A DNA stretch of 64,000 bases, taken from IMG/VR virus record IMGVR_UViG_3300037086_000458, positions 1 to 64,000 of that record. The stretch is one strand, 5' to 3'. The notes below the pieces were generated by a model. That model had not been told where the DNA came from. It saw nothing but the letters and a program-made list of their open reading frames with translations, and ran no database searches. This DNA comes from a virus. Position numbers and translations under genes: made by a program. Shown in pieces: positions 37,577 through 47,226 of this stretch. Positions within the stretch are counted from its first letter, which is position 1. Each line of letters opens with the position of its first letter.

Positions 37577-38466
37577 AATACCCCCTTGATATACTCTTTT
37601 TTTACGTCTGTTATGATATATTCACCCTCTTCATACGTTGAAAATTTTAACCCATCCCCATATGCTTTTTTTGCATCGATTACTAATAAGGATATTTTGT
37701 CATCCATATGTACTGCAAATTTTTTTGCGAAGTTTGTTGCATTGTCCTTATTGCAGTAAAGTTTGATATATTTTTTTGTATTGCTAAAAATACCTTTATC
37801 TTTCATTTTGTTGGCTAAGTTTGTTAGGGTGCCAAAATAGAGCTCATCAGGAGGGCAGAGATACACTTTCAATTTATATTTAATAAGATTTTGGTCTTTA
37901 AATATTATTTTTCTATGCTTATCTTTAAAAAAGAGCTCTATGATGTGATTTTTGGTTATGTAGGATAAAAATGGCATTCTTTTTTTGATGGTTCCACAAA
38001 GATCGTTAACCTTAAAATATCCCTCCGTGTCTTTATCTAAACTAGCAATATTGTTACGTAGAAGATGCACTGAGGAAATAAGAGTGGTGTCTAAATCACT
38101 TTGACTTGAAAATAAGGTGGAGGTTGGCTTACCTACGTGTAATATTTCTGTTGCCTGAACCTGAGAGTCAATGTCATATTTTATGTAATCGTCATCTTTA
38201 AATGAAATTTTCCTTACCAGATCTTTGAAATAAAATTCAATGATGTGATTTCTGTTGATATAATATAAGGCTGGTATTTTGTCTTTTAAGGTGGATATTA
38301 TGTAATTTATTGGAAAAAATCCATCAGAGTCCATAGGAAGATAAGAATAAGCTGAATATAAAATTTCTACGGAAGCAGTTAAAGCCATATCAAGATCTTT
38401 TTGAGATTTATAGAAAGTAGGAGAAGGTCTAACATCAAGCTCGTTAAGGATCATTTTATTCCCCAT
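37573..38466 (-). CDS. Degenerate Tpt1/KptA (RNA 2'-phosphotransferase)-like protein with a duplicated N-terminal lobe
   Basis: LLRN...LD..EGYF; PPDELYFGT; KGI....KYIKL; LLVIDA...DGLKF....GEYI..V..EYI. Confidence 0.65.
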   Translation of the reverse strand: MGNKMILNELDVRPSPTFYKSQKDLDMALTASVEILYSAYSYLPMDSDGFFPINYIISTLKDKIPALYYINRNHIIEFYFKDLVRKISFKDDDYIKYDIDSQVQATEILHVGKPTSTLFSSQSDLDTTLISSVHLLRNNIASLDKDTEGYFKVNDLCGTIKKRMPFLSYITKNHIIELFFKDKHRKIIFKDQNLIKYKLKVYLCPPDELYFGTLTNLANKMKDKGIFSNTKKYIKLYCNKDNATNFAKKFAVHMDDKISLLVIDAKKAYGDGLKFSTYEEGEYIITDVKKEYIKGVL

Positions 38467-38472
38467 TTTGAT

Positions 38473-38805
38473 TTAATTTCCATCAAATAGCTTCTTTTTC
38501 TTTAAAAGCTCACTTAATATTATATTAGTGGTTCCTGAGATAACTTTGAAATCCTCATAAATATCCGTAATAAAAGCTGAAATTTTAGCTTTTTCTAATA
38601 AAGCTCTTTTAATAGAATTATCCTTGGAGTCCGTAATTGAATTTATAATGTCTGATAATTCTCTTAGGACTCTTGTATTATAATTCATCTTTTTTTGGAG
38701 GATTTCTTGAATATCTTTAGTAATTCCCTCAATAGAGAAAGTCATAGCCATATTCTTGAAGATTTGCTCATTTTTTTCTTCATCAGGCAGTTTGTTAGAA
38801 TTCAT
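38473..38805 (-). CDS. Hypothetical protein
   Basis: AAAGGA SD, 110 aa. Confidence 0.65.
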   Translation of the reverse strand: MNSNKLPDEEKNEQIFKNMAMTFSIEGITKDIQEILQKKMNYNTRVLRELSDIINSITDSKDNSIKRALLEKAKISAFITDIYEDFKVISGTTNIILSELLKKKKLFDGN

Positions 38806-38926
38806 AACATCCTTTCTTTCACTGATAAATATAAATACTCCGATTTTTGTTTTTAAAGTAGATTCTTCTTTTTCTTTAATTATTATATATTATTTATTAT
38901 CTTTTATTATTAACGTAGTTAATAGA

Positions 38927-38989
38927 AAAGCAATAGATATAGTAATGGTTATATATTCAGATTAAGTTTAAGAAAAAGGTATTTTAAAA
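38927..38989 (+). repeat. 63-bp direct repeat, copy 1
   Basis: 62/63 identical to 39732-39794. Confidence 0.95.
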
Positions 38990-39045
38990 TTTTCCTTTAA
39001 TTTTAAATATTCTTAATCTTATATTTAAATATCAAAAGGAGACTT

Positions 39046-39420
39046 ATGAAGATTGTTACTGTAATTTCTCCGGATAAATTAAGTATGACTATGTTCTATG
39101 ACTTTTATAAATCCGTCTATGTAGGGGATGGGTCTTTATCTGTTTTAGATATAAATTGTTTATTTTCTAAAGAAGTTCAGAATGCTAAGACCAGAGAATT
39201 TATAAAGGCTAATGAGAATTCAGAGAATATTTTGATTAAATATAAGATTAAACTTAAAACAGTATTATCATTACCGGCTGAAATTGAGCAGAATTCTGAT
39301 TATATAATTAAATTTGATATGTTTTCCAATCATCCTGAGCTCTTAAAAGATAAGGATGAAAAAGGAAAAGCTATGATCGAGAGATATATTTTAAACGTTA
39401 CGAACATGAACAAAGGTTAA
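39046..39420 (+). CDS. Hypothetical protein
   Basis: AAGGAG SD, 124 aa. Confidence 0.7.
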   Translation: MKIVTVISPDKLSMTMFYDFYKSVYVGDGSLSVLDINCLFSKEVQNAKTREFIKANENSENILIKYKIKLKTVLSLPAEIEQNSDYIIKFDMFSNHPELLKDKDEKGKAMIERYILNVTNMNKG

Positions 39421-39702
39421 AGGAGGTATCTGGCAATATTATCTGCTGTAGCTTATAAGGAACCTCTTATTCGGGATAAGCAGTGGAGATCGTAACCCGA
39501 CTGACCATGGTGGCCTTAATAACGTTCCCCAAGCGGCTATAGTGCTTTTAATGAGGTTTCTTGAAATCTCTCTTGAGTGCCTCACCCTGGAATAAGTGAT
39601 GAGGGTAGATTCACCTTGAAATAGCCAAGCTATCCCCCTACACTAGCGAGTAGGGGAGTAAGGCGCTAAGATTATGATTATCAATAAATAAATGATCTTA
39701 GC
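39421..39702. ncRNA. Candidate structured non-coding RNA (family not recognised)
   Basis: GC-richer than the flanks, no long ORF, several nested stems. Confidence 0.4.
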
Positions 39703-39731
39703 TTAAACAAATGTTTAAAATCACCATCGAC

Positions 39732-39794
39732 AAAGCAATAGATTTAGTAATGGTTATATATTCAGATTAAGTTTAAGAAAAAGGTATTTTAAAA
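39732..39794 (+). repeat. 63-bp direct repeat, copy 2
   Basis: 62/63 identical to 38927-38989. Confidence 0.95.
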
Positions 39795-40027
39795 ATTCTG
39801 TCTCTCTCTTTGAGGGGCATAAAAATTTATTTTTTAAGATGGAACTAGAGCATCCCTAATGTGTTATATAAGTTACCACACTTCAACAGTGGCGAGAGTG
39901 ACCGTTCCATCCATTAATTTATAATAAAGATTCTAAAGAAGGTTAGCATGACTTTTGTTGGGTTATAAAAGTGGTGGCTATAGTTGCTGGATAAGCTACC
40001 TTGGTGTAGATAAGAAGAAGGTTTAAA

Positions 40028-40471
40028 ATGGTAAAAAATTATACATCTACCGTTGCTGCTTCTCGATCTGTTCAACATATAGAAGAGAGATTAGTTGAGC
40101 ACGGAGCAATGAACATTCTTAAACTCTACGAAGATAAACATCTTGTTGGGATCGCATTTATTCTTGATAATAATGGTGAGCAGCTTCCTTTCCGACTCCC
40201 CGCTAGAATAAGCAATGTTGAGAAACAACTTAAATCCGAAGTCAAACGCCCACGTAAGAGTACATTCAATAACATTAAAGAACAAGCAGAACGAACAGCT
40301 TGGAAGCTACTTTCTGATTGGGTGGACATACAATGTAGCCTTGTGGAACTACAACAGGTAAAATTTATGGAAGTGTTTTTGCCATATGTTTATGATCCTG
40401 TTAAAAAACAAACTTTTTTTGAAAAGTTAGAAGAAACAGGATTTAAACAGCTATCTTTTAAGAAAGAGTAA
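40028..40471 (+). CDS. Hypothetical phage protein
   Basis: 147-aa ORF; NYTSTV, FRLPAR, QAERTAWK, EVFLPY blocks. Confidence 0.75.
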   Translation: MVKNYTSTVAASRSVQHIEERLVEHGAMNILKLYEDKHLVGIAFILDNNGEQLPFRLPARISNVEKQLKSEVKRPRKSTFNNIKEQAERTAWKLLSDWVDIQCSLVELQQVKFMEVFLPYVYDPVKKQTFFEKLEETGFKQLSFKKE

Positions 40472-40473
40472 GA

Positions 40474-41475
40474 ATGTTTTTTCAAAAAATAAAAGGCCAT
40501 GAGGAATTATTAAATGAATTTAAAGAATGGCTTCTTAATGATAAGTTTGAGGGTGTTTATTTATTTGAAGGCCCAAAAGGTGTAGGTAAATATTCTATAG
40601 CTAAAACCCTCGCAAAATATATAGTGTGCCCCGGGGTTAAGGATGATTCCTGCAACTGCGAAAATTGTAAGTTATTCCCAGCTATCCCTGATTATATAGA
40701 AATATCTTCAGATGAAGAAAGCGTAATCAAAGTATCTGACATAGAAGCCATCGAAGAATTTGTAACTTTAATGCCTTTCAGAGGCAAAAATAAAGTTATT
40801 CTGATAGATGATGCAGAGAGATTAAATAATTCCTCAGCGAGCCAACTGCTAAAGACCCTCGAAGATTTAAAAAGCCATGTAATAATTTTTTTAATCTCAA
40901 GCTACCCGGAGAGAATAATACCGACCGTGTTATCGAGGTCGAAGAGGATTGCTTTTAAGCAGCTCCATCAGGATATCCTCTTAGAGCTATTAAAAGAAAA
41001 AAATATTAATGTAAAGAACATCGAGGAACTTAATAGAATAATCCCTTTTCTATCTAAGAGTATACTTGCAAATTATCCTATTTACTCTAAACAGATATTA
41101 TTTGTTCAGGATTTTTTGTTGAACTTCAGTAAAAGGGAAGAGGATGAAATACTCTCAATAATAAATGATATAGACATAGAAGGTGAGCTTGTCTATTTTC
41201 TGGAGATATTACTCATTTATGTTTGTGACATTCTAAAGATACATTTTGATGATAATAATATAATTTTCAATGAAGGAAACAATGCAGTCTTGGATAGAAT
41301 GACTATAGGATGGAAGAGTGATATCTGTGTAGCTATGCTTGAGAAAATCAGACCTATTATAAAGGATTACAAAAAAGGTATCAATATTAAACTTAAGCCC
41401 AGGATAGCGTCTTTGATGTCTTGGATATTTTTAATGCTTAAGAAAGAAAAGAAAGACACTTTAAATGCTGGATAG
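40474..41475 (+). CDS. holB: DNA polymerase III delta' clamp-loader subunit
   Basis: YLFEGPKGVGK, CxCxxC, PD, KVILIDDAERLN..A..LLKTLE, PTVLSRS. Confidence 0.88.
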   Translation: MFFQKIKGHEELLNEFKEWLLNDKFEGVYLFEGPKGVGKYSIAKTLAKYIVCPGVKDDSCNCENCKLFPAIPDYIEISSDEESVIKVSDIEAIEEFVTLMPFRGKNKVILIDDAERLNNSSASQLLKTLEDLKSHVIIFLISSYPERIIPTVLSRSKRIAFKQLHQDILLELLKEKNINVKNIEELNRIIPFLSKSILANYPIYSKQILFVQDFLLNFSKREEDEILSIINDIDIEGELVYFLEILLIYVCDILKIHFDDNNIIFNEGNNAVLDRMTIGWKSDICVAMLEKIRPIIKDYKKGINIKLKPRIASLMSWIFLMLKKEKKDTLNAG

Positions 41476-42391
41476 AACTTCAATAAAGAAAAATAAGAAA
41501 TTTTTGATTAATTGTTCTGATTCCTATATGGCGAATGTGTTTATTGAGGAATGTAAAACAATTTATAGTGATTATACAGTAAAAATGTGTTTTAACGCCC
41601 AGGAATTTATTGAAGAGCTGAATGGCGGGTTTTTGTTTAATTCAGATAAGAAAATTTTAGCATTGATGAATTTTTCCGATGAGAACATACAGGATATAGA
41701 ACCATTTCTGGACTATGAGACTGAAGATATTATAATTTTGGTCGAGCATAGCGCCATTAAAAAGAATAAAGCTTATATTAAAATAAAAAGCGATTATGCT
41801 TATCAAAAACTTGAAGACATGTCCGAGAAAGAGTGTAGGAGTTGGTTACATACATTTATGGTTAAGGTGGATCTTAAATTCCAGCCAGAGATACCATCTT
41901 TTATAATTAGTAGGAGGGGTAAGGACCCAAGAGCTCTTACAAATGAAGTTAAAAAATTAAAATATTTAAATAAGGAAGTTACTGAATCGTTGTGCTCAGC
42001 AATAGTGTGTGAATCATATGATTCAAATTTTTTTGAGCTTATGGATCATTTTTCGCACAGAAGATCGGAACAATGCTTAAAAGAATTTAATAAAGTAGAT
42101 GAATCAAAGTATATACAGCTATTGCATTTCATAATAGGGCAATTCGAAAAATTGTACAAAGTTACTATCTATAAAGAGCAGAAAAAGTCAGCCGAGGAGA
42201 TATCAGATATAATAGGAGTCCCAAAATTCATAGTACAAACGAAGCTATATACAGCTATAAGTATTTTTAACAAGGTTAAAATTTTGAAAGTTATTGATTT
42301 ATTAAATGACCTTGATGTACAATTAAGGTTGTCAAAATATAGTAATAAGCTTATATTTGAGTCATATATACTGAAGATATTCAATTTATGA
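41465..42391 (+). CDS. holA: DNA polymerase III delta clamp-loader subunit
   Basis: GGFLF..KKI, G.D...L.NE..KL, NFFEL.D, IIGVPKF, L.DLD..L pattern; adjacent to holB. Confidence 0.75.
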   Translation: MLDRTSIKKNKKFLINCSDSYMANVFIEECKTIYSDYTVKMCFNAQEFIEELNGGFLFNSDKKILALMNFSDENIQDIEPFLDYETEDIIILVEHSAIKKNKAYIKIKSDYAYQKLEDMSEKECRSWLHTFMVKVDLKFQPEIPSFIISRRGKDPRALTNEVKKLKYLNKEVTESLCSAIVCESYDSNFFELMDHFSHRRSEQCLKEFNKVDESKYIQLLHFIIGQFEKLYKVTIYKEQKKSAEEISDIIGVPKFIVQTKLYTAISIFNKVKILKVIDLLNDLDVQLRLSKYSNKLIFESYILKIFNL

Positions 42392-42705
42392 TAGATAGAT
42401 CAAACGATAAAATAGATTTAGATATAGATAAGGGTCGGATACGAGAAATCGTTGAAGAAGCTTTGAGGATGATTTATGAGTATGTAGGTGGAGAATATAC
42501 CTTATCCAGGCAAGATGTTTTAAAAGAATTGGAATTATTTTTAAATAACGGTCAGATATCAACTCAATTTTTCCTTAAGATTGGAAGTAAGAAAATACCT
42601 GATTTATTATTGAGGGTTGATCCAAGAAGACGAAAAGTCCTTGGTATATCCGGTTTAAAGAAAAGAGCAGCCAAGATTAACATTTTTCTTAGGATTCTGG
42701 GATGA
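42388..42705 (+). CDS. Hypothetical protein
   Basis: ATGA overlaps on both sides. Confidence 0.7.
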   Translation: MIDRSNDKIDLDIDKGRIREIVEEALRMIYEYVGGEYTLSRQDVLKELELFLNNGQISTQFFLKIGSKKIPDLLLRVDPRRRKVLGISGLKKRAAKINIFLRILG

Positions 42706-43175
42706 GAAATGAACCTCTGTTTATAAGATATGGCAACGGGCTTGTAGAGCCTGCTCAAGTTATTCAGTCTTTTCTTGAATCAAATTTTGATGAAAAGTCG
42801 AAAGTGATTGCTGAAGAAGCTCTGAAGAATCCCCCAGACTTAACATTATTTAAAAAAGATTTCAGGAACCTTTTGATAGATATAATCGACAATGGAATAA
42901 ATAAGCAAGCTATCAATTATATTAATAATTATATGAAACCTTCTCTTGAAGAGATTGTAGAAGGTGGTACCAGCAGGGCGGGGGAGAAAAGACAAGTTAT
43001 ACTAAAGAACAAAGATGCCCCCTGGGTTGAGGCTATTATATGTTACAACTTAACGCTTTATATAAAGATGTATGGTATCCCTGAGATTAAGTTATGCCCT
43101 ATATGCTCAAGATTTTTTAGTAATAAAGGTAAGTATGCAAAGTATTGTAGCGAAATATGTAAAGGAAATAAATGA
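42702..43175 (+). CDS. Protein with a C-terminal CGNR-like zinc finger
   Basis: IKLCPICSRFF......KYCSEIC. Confidence 0.7.
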   Translation: MRNEPLFIRYGNGLVEPAQVIQSFLESNFDEKSKVIAEEALKNPPDLTLFKKDFRNLLIDIIDNGINKQAINYINNYMKPSLEEIVEGGTSRAGEKRQVILKNKDAPWVEAIICYNLTLYIKMYGIPEIKLCPICSRFFSNKGKYAKYCSEICKGNK

Positions 43176-43777
43176 TATCAAGTGTCATATATGACGATGT
43201 TGAAGCTATTAAAAGTGCTTTAAAGCTTCATTGTGATAATCAAAATATAGATCTTGATCCAACATATAGTACTGGCGGTTTCTATAAAGGCGGCTTTATT
43301 AAAAAGCCACGTTTTTGTTTTGACATTGATCCACAAGTTCCTGGGGTAATAAAAGCAGATGCATCTAAATTACCTTTGGCTAATTTTTCAGTTAAGACAA
43401 TTATTTTTGATCCTCCGTTTTTAGCGACTACAGGACCCTCTTTAAAAAGTAAAAATAAGAATAATAAACTTAATAAGAGATTTGGAGTTTTTCCAAATGA
43501 ACCGGCTCTTTTTAAGTTTTACGAGGATGCTATTAAAGAACTTTATCGTGTATGTAGTGAAAGTGGTACGTTAATATTTAAATGTCAGGATAAAGTTAGT
43601 TCTGGAAAGCAGTATTTTTCTCATTGTTTTATATATAATAAGGCAATTGAAGTTGGTTGGCATCCTGTAGATTTTTTTATTATGATATCTAAAAGAAGAT
43701 TGATAGCAAATTGGCAGAGAGCAAATCAGTTACATGCTAGGAAATTTCATTGTTATTACTGGATTTTTAAGAAATGA
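43172..43777 (+). CDS. DNA (N6-adenine/N4-cytosine) methyltransferase
   Basis: LDPTYSTGGFY, FDPPF, ELYRV...G.LIFKCQD. Confidence 0.82.
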   Translation: MISSVIYDDVEAIKSALKLHCDNQNIDLDPTYSTGGFYKGGFIKKPRFCFDIDPQVPGVIKADASKLPLANFSVKTIIFDPPFLATTGPSLKSKNKNNKLNKRFGVFPNEPALFKFYEDAIKELYRVCSESGTLIFKCQDKVSSGKQYFSHCFIYNKAIEVGWHPVDFFIMISKRRLIANWQRANQLHARKFHCYYWIFKK

Positions 43778-44292
43778 ACTTAGTAATAGGCTGCGGATTA
43801 CAAAAGAGTTATTTTAATCCTAAAGGTTCAAGATATTTAGGTGAAAAAGCCGATGTCTTAGACGTTAGATTAAAATCTTATTTCAAGTCTTTAAGTTTAG
43901 ATAAAAATATTGTATATATCTTAAGAGAGATCCACCAACCTGATGATTCTTTTTTTTCAGGTCAGAAATCTGGTTCTATAGTCGGTTCAGAGGATATAGA
44001 GATACCAGAATTTTATAAATCTTATTGTAAATTTGTGTATAATATTATAAGATATAATGGGTTTTATAAGACCCCTTTGGACTCAGAGGTTTATAAGCTA
44101 AAACCTGAAAAAGTTTATATTGTTGGTGTGGAGACACACACCACCGTACTTTTCACCGCAGAAGAATTCAGAAATAGGGGCTACTCAGTGAATGTTATTG
44201 AGCCTCTCGTGTCAGCTAAAGAAGATTATCTTCATGCAGTGGGGATAACTCTTTTGAGAAATTATCTGAGCGTTAATATACAACAGGGGTGA
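43774..44292 (+). CDS. Isochorismatase/nicotinamidase (PncA)-fold protein lacking catalytic residues
   Basis: Q..YF.P.GS.Y, EIH.PDD, VGS, Y.GFY.T.L, VGVETHTTV..TA.E..NRGY.V. Confidence 0.7.
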   Translation: MNLVIGCGLQKSYFNPKGSRYLGEKADVLDVRLKSYFKSLSLDKNIVYILREIHQPDDSFFSGQKSGSIVGSEDIEIPEFYKSYCKFVYNIIRYNGFYKTPLDSEVYKLKPEKVYIVGVETHTTVLFTAEEFRNRGYSVNVIEPLVSAKEDYLHAVGITLLRNYLSVNIQQG

Positions 44293-44642
44293 AAGTTATG
44301 TCTTATTGTCAATACAAAATACAATGCTCAAATTGTCAGGCTGAAACACATCTTATAAGTTTGGAATGCAACCCTATTGTTTATAGGTGCAATAGTTGTA
44401 ATAGAGTTGTCGTAATCCATAATGATAGAGCTTATACTATTAGTGAAAATTTTTTCATTAAGATGGCTTTGATTCATAATATAAAATATTGCGGACAAGT
44501 AATTAAATGCTCCCAAAAAAATGAGTGCAAGTCCTACACGAAGCTAGTTAAGAGAGAAAGAATAACAGAATCCGATATAATTAAACTGCATGAGTTCCTA
44601 GATAAAAACAAAGATTCGTCAGAAATTATTGATAAGCTGTAA
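44289..44642 (+). CDS. Hypothetical Zn-ribbon protein
   Basis: CSNC...CNSC. Confidence 0.65.
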   Translation: MKVMSYCQYKIQCSNCQAETHLISLECNPIVYRCNSCNRVVVIHNDRAYTISENFFIKMALIHNIKYCGQVIKCSQKNECKSYTKLVKRERITESDIIKLHEFLDKNKDSSEIIDKL

Positions 44643-44739
44643 CTATATTTTGAAGAGTAATATGTTTCACTCATTTATGAGTGTATGAATTGAAATAAAT
44701 AAACCTTTAAAATTTGTTAGAATTACGTTATATTAGTGT

Positions 44740-45150
44740 ATGGAAACTATTAATGATAAAGACTTAGCGGGGCGTTTAGTCTATTTAACAAGGTATCTTG
44801 AAAAGTGGTATAAGGAACTCAATCCAGCTTTTAATGTACCTATAGCAAATAGATTGGCCAAGGTAGTAAAGGTATTCGATTGGGATACAGATGAAGGAAA
44901 ACTTTTACTAAGTGAGAGAGAAAAAACAGGTAAGTGGAAAAGTTTAGAACCGAAGCTTTTTAAATTCGTACTAAAAGTATATTACCCAGAACTTATACTT
45001 AAAAATTCTAAGAAGGTAATGATAGAGGAGGTAGTGTCTCAGTATTACCCTGGTACTGAAAATAAAATGTTCTGTTTGTTACCAGATTGGATGGTAGAAG
45101 ATCTGAATAAAGAACAAAAGAATATTTTTACTATAGTGAAAAAAGATTGA
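44740..45150 (+). CDS. Hypothetical protein
   Basis: 136 aa; ATG 5 nt after a TATATT box (possibly leaderless). Confidence 0.7.
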   Translation: METINDKDLAGRLVYLTRYLEKWYKELNPAFNVPIANRLAKVVKVFDWDTDEGKLLLSEREKTGKWKSLEPKLFKFVLKVYYPELILKNSKKVMIEEVVSQYYPGTENKMFCLLPDWMVEDLNKEQKNIFTIVKKD

Positions 45151-45151
45151 T

Positions 45152-45841
45152 ATGTATTTGGACGAATTTACTGAGCATGCCAATAAGGTAATGCTTGAAT
45201 ACGAAGAGCCTTTAAAATATTTATCAGGGCGAGGTTTTAATAAAGAAGATATCCTTAATTTCAAATTAGGTTTTTTAAAAGTAGCAAAAATAAAAAAGGA
45301 AAACTCTGAAGATTATAAAAAGTTACATGACGAGACCTACCATTTTAAATCTTTAGAAAATCGTATCATAATGCCCTTAAGGAACGTTTTGGGCAAAGTT
45401 AATGGGTTAATAGTAAGGTCTATAAAAGAAAAAAAATATAATCTATACTTGTTGAAAGAGGCGAGAGATATAGGGGCTTGGTTTGGTCTATACGAGGCAT
45501 TGCCGTATGCCATTAAATCCGGGAAGATATTTATTCATGAGGGTGGGTTTAATTCAATAGCATTCTCAAAAGTTTTTAAGAACTCAGCAGCCTCTCTTAC
45601 TTCTTTTATAAATGATCAGCAATATGATACTTTAAGGATGTTCGTTGATTTGATCATCCTTGTCTATGATTCAGATAAGGCTGGTATGATAGGTACAGCC
45701 TCTTTAAAGAAAAGATACGGAAAAAGTATAGAGTCTATAACACTCGGTTACGATGACCCTAATAGCTGTTTACAGAAAATGGGGCAATCCCCATTCATAA
45801 ACTATATAAAAAACAAAGTTCCTGTCCTACTACAAAATTAG
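45152..45841 (+). CDS. DnaG-like primase catalytic (TOPRIM) domain without Zn finger
   Basis: YL..RG, LGF, RIIMPL.N..G.V.G...R, KY, FGL, HEG, YDSDKAG, DDP. Confidence 0.82.
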   Translation: MYLDEFTEHANKVMLEYEEPLKYLSGRGFNKEDILNFKLGFLKVAKIKKENSEDYKKLHDETYHFKSLENRIIMPLRNVLGKVNGLIVRSIKEKKYNLYLLKEARDIGAWFGLYEALPYAIKSGKIFIHEGGFNSIAFSKVFKNSAASLTSFINDQQYDTLRMFVDLIILVYDSDKAGMIGTASLKKRYGKSIESITLGYDDPNSCLQKMGQSPFINYIKNKVPVLLQN

Positions 45842-45858
45842 GATATTAAGAGATAATT

Positions 45859-47226
45859 ATGTTTGGAACAAAATACAGACCGTTAGATTTTGATAGTGTT
45901 TTAGGGTTGGATAATGTCAAGGACATATTGAAGGCTATCATTAAATCTGGTAGTTATGATCCGGCATATCTTTTTGAAGGGGACTATTCCTCAGGAAAGA
46001 CAACGTTAGCAAGGCTTTTTGCGAGGAGTATTTTATGTAATAATAAAAAAGATGATATGTCCCCCTGTAATGAGTGTCCTTCCTGCAAAGACTTCCTATC
46101 TGAAAGAAACCCTTCTTACATAGAAATAGATGCTGCTAACAACGGATCAAAAGAAAAAATCCAAGAGTTGTTGGAAAAACTAAAATATGAGACAGTATCC
46201 GGGGTTGTGATAATATTCCTGGATGAATGTCACGAAATAAGTAAGGCCGGTAAAGATGCTCTTTTAATAGAGCTTGAAAAGGAAAATAAGAACGTTATAT
46301 TCCTTTTTGGGACAACAAGCATAGATAAGATGCCACCTGAATTACGATCTCGCTGTGTAGAATTTCAACTCCCCCAACCAACCGAAGCCTACGTATTAAA
46401 AAAACTACAAAAAATCTGTGAATTAAATAGTCTTCAATACACTCAAGATGCTTTATTTACTATAGTACAATCTTCAGGGAGGCATTATCGTGATGCAGAG
46501 ATAAAACTTGAGGTAACTTCAAGATTAGGGGATATAAATGAAGAGAATGTCGCCAAAGTAGTGACACTGTATATTAAAGAGATAGCCTACTTATTGATAG
46601 CTTTGCCCTATGATCTATCCAAGACTTTTAAAGCCGCTGAGTACTTAATTAGTAGAATGAATATTAAAGATTTGTACGGAAATATACTTATGATGATTAA
46701 CGACACCATAAAGTATTCTCAAGGTTTTACTTTTGAGAGTGCTTCTTATGTAGAGATACTTAAGATGCTATCAAAGCAATACTCTGCTTCTGCGTTTGAG
46801 GTGCTAGATTATCTTCTATCGAGACAACGATTAAACGATCTCACACTTTTTCATTCTGATTTGCTTATTTTACATTATAAGTTCCTCCAAGGTCACTTTG
46901 ATAAAAAGGAGTTGGTTTTACCCAAAGTTGTTACTCCTAAAGTTTATCCCAGTAATAATGATGCTGAAAAAAAATCTGGTCGTGAAATAGGACTGGACTA
47001 TATAAATCAGCATGCCCCTTGGGAAAGGGAAGAACTTGTAAGACAGATTAAGAATAAAAAGTCTAAAGAGAATCAGGATAATCGCATAGAAGAGAATGTT
47101 TCTAAAGAATGGGGCCCTCAAATAAAAGGATCCACAGCTGACAGAAAAGCTATACTTAGAGGACAGATCACCAAGGAAGCTTTTAAAGAAGCTGTTAAGG
47201 GGTCTCTTGATGGGCTCAAAGTATAA
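45859..47226 (+). CDS. dnaX: DNA polymerase III gamma/tau clamp-loader ATPase
   Basis: KYRP..F..V.G, AYLF.G...GKTTLAR, PCNECPSC, EIDAA, LDECH, LRSRC, G..RDA. Confidence 0.92.
   Translation: MFGTKYRPLDFDSVLGLDNVKDILKAIIKSGSYDPAYLFEGDYSSGKTTLARLFARSILCNNKKDDMSPCNECPSCKDFLSERNPSYIEIDAANNGSKEKIQELLEKLKYETVSGVVIIFLDECHEISKAGKDALLIELEKENKNVIFLFGTTSIDKMPPELRSRCVEFQLPQPTEAYVLKKLQKICELNSLQYTQDALFTIVQSSGRHYRDAEIKLEVTSRLGDINEENVAKVVTLYIKEIAYLLIALPYDLSKTFKAAEYLISRMNIKDLYGNILMMINDTIKYSQGFTFESASYVEILKMLSKQYSASAFEVLDYLLSRQRLNDLTLFHSDLLILHYKFLQGHFDKKELVLPKVVTPKVYPSNNDAEKKSGREIGLDYINQHAPWEREELVRQIKNKKSKENQDNRIEENVSKEWGPQIKGSTADRKAILRGQITKEAFKEAVKGSLDGLKV

Noticed and set aside
39421-39702. tmRNA or RNase P RNA
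   Set aside because: No tRNA-Ala-like ends or tag frame, and no RNase P P4 consensus found.
38927-39794. CRISPR array
   Set aside because: Only two 63-bp copies 805 bp apart and no repeat-spacer periodicity seen in the window. The Cas4-like nuclease sits in a recombination block.
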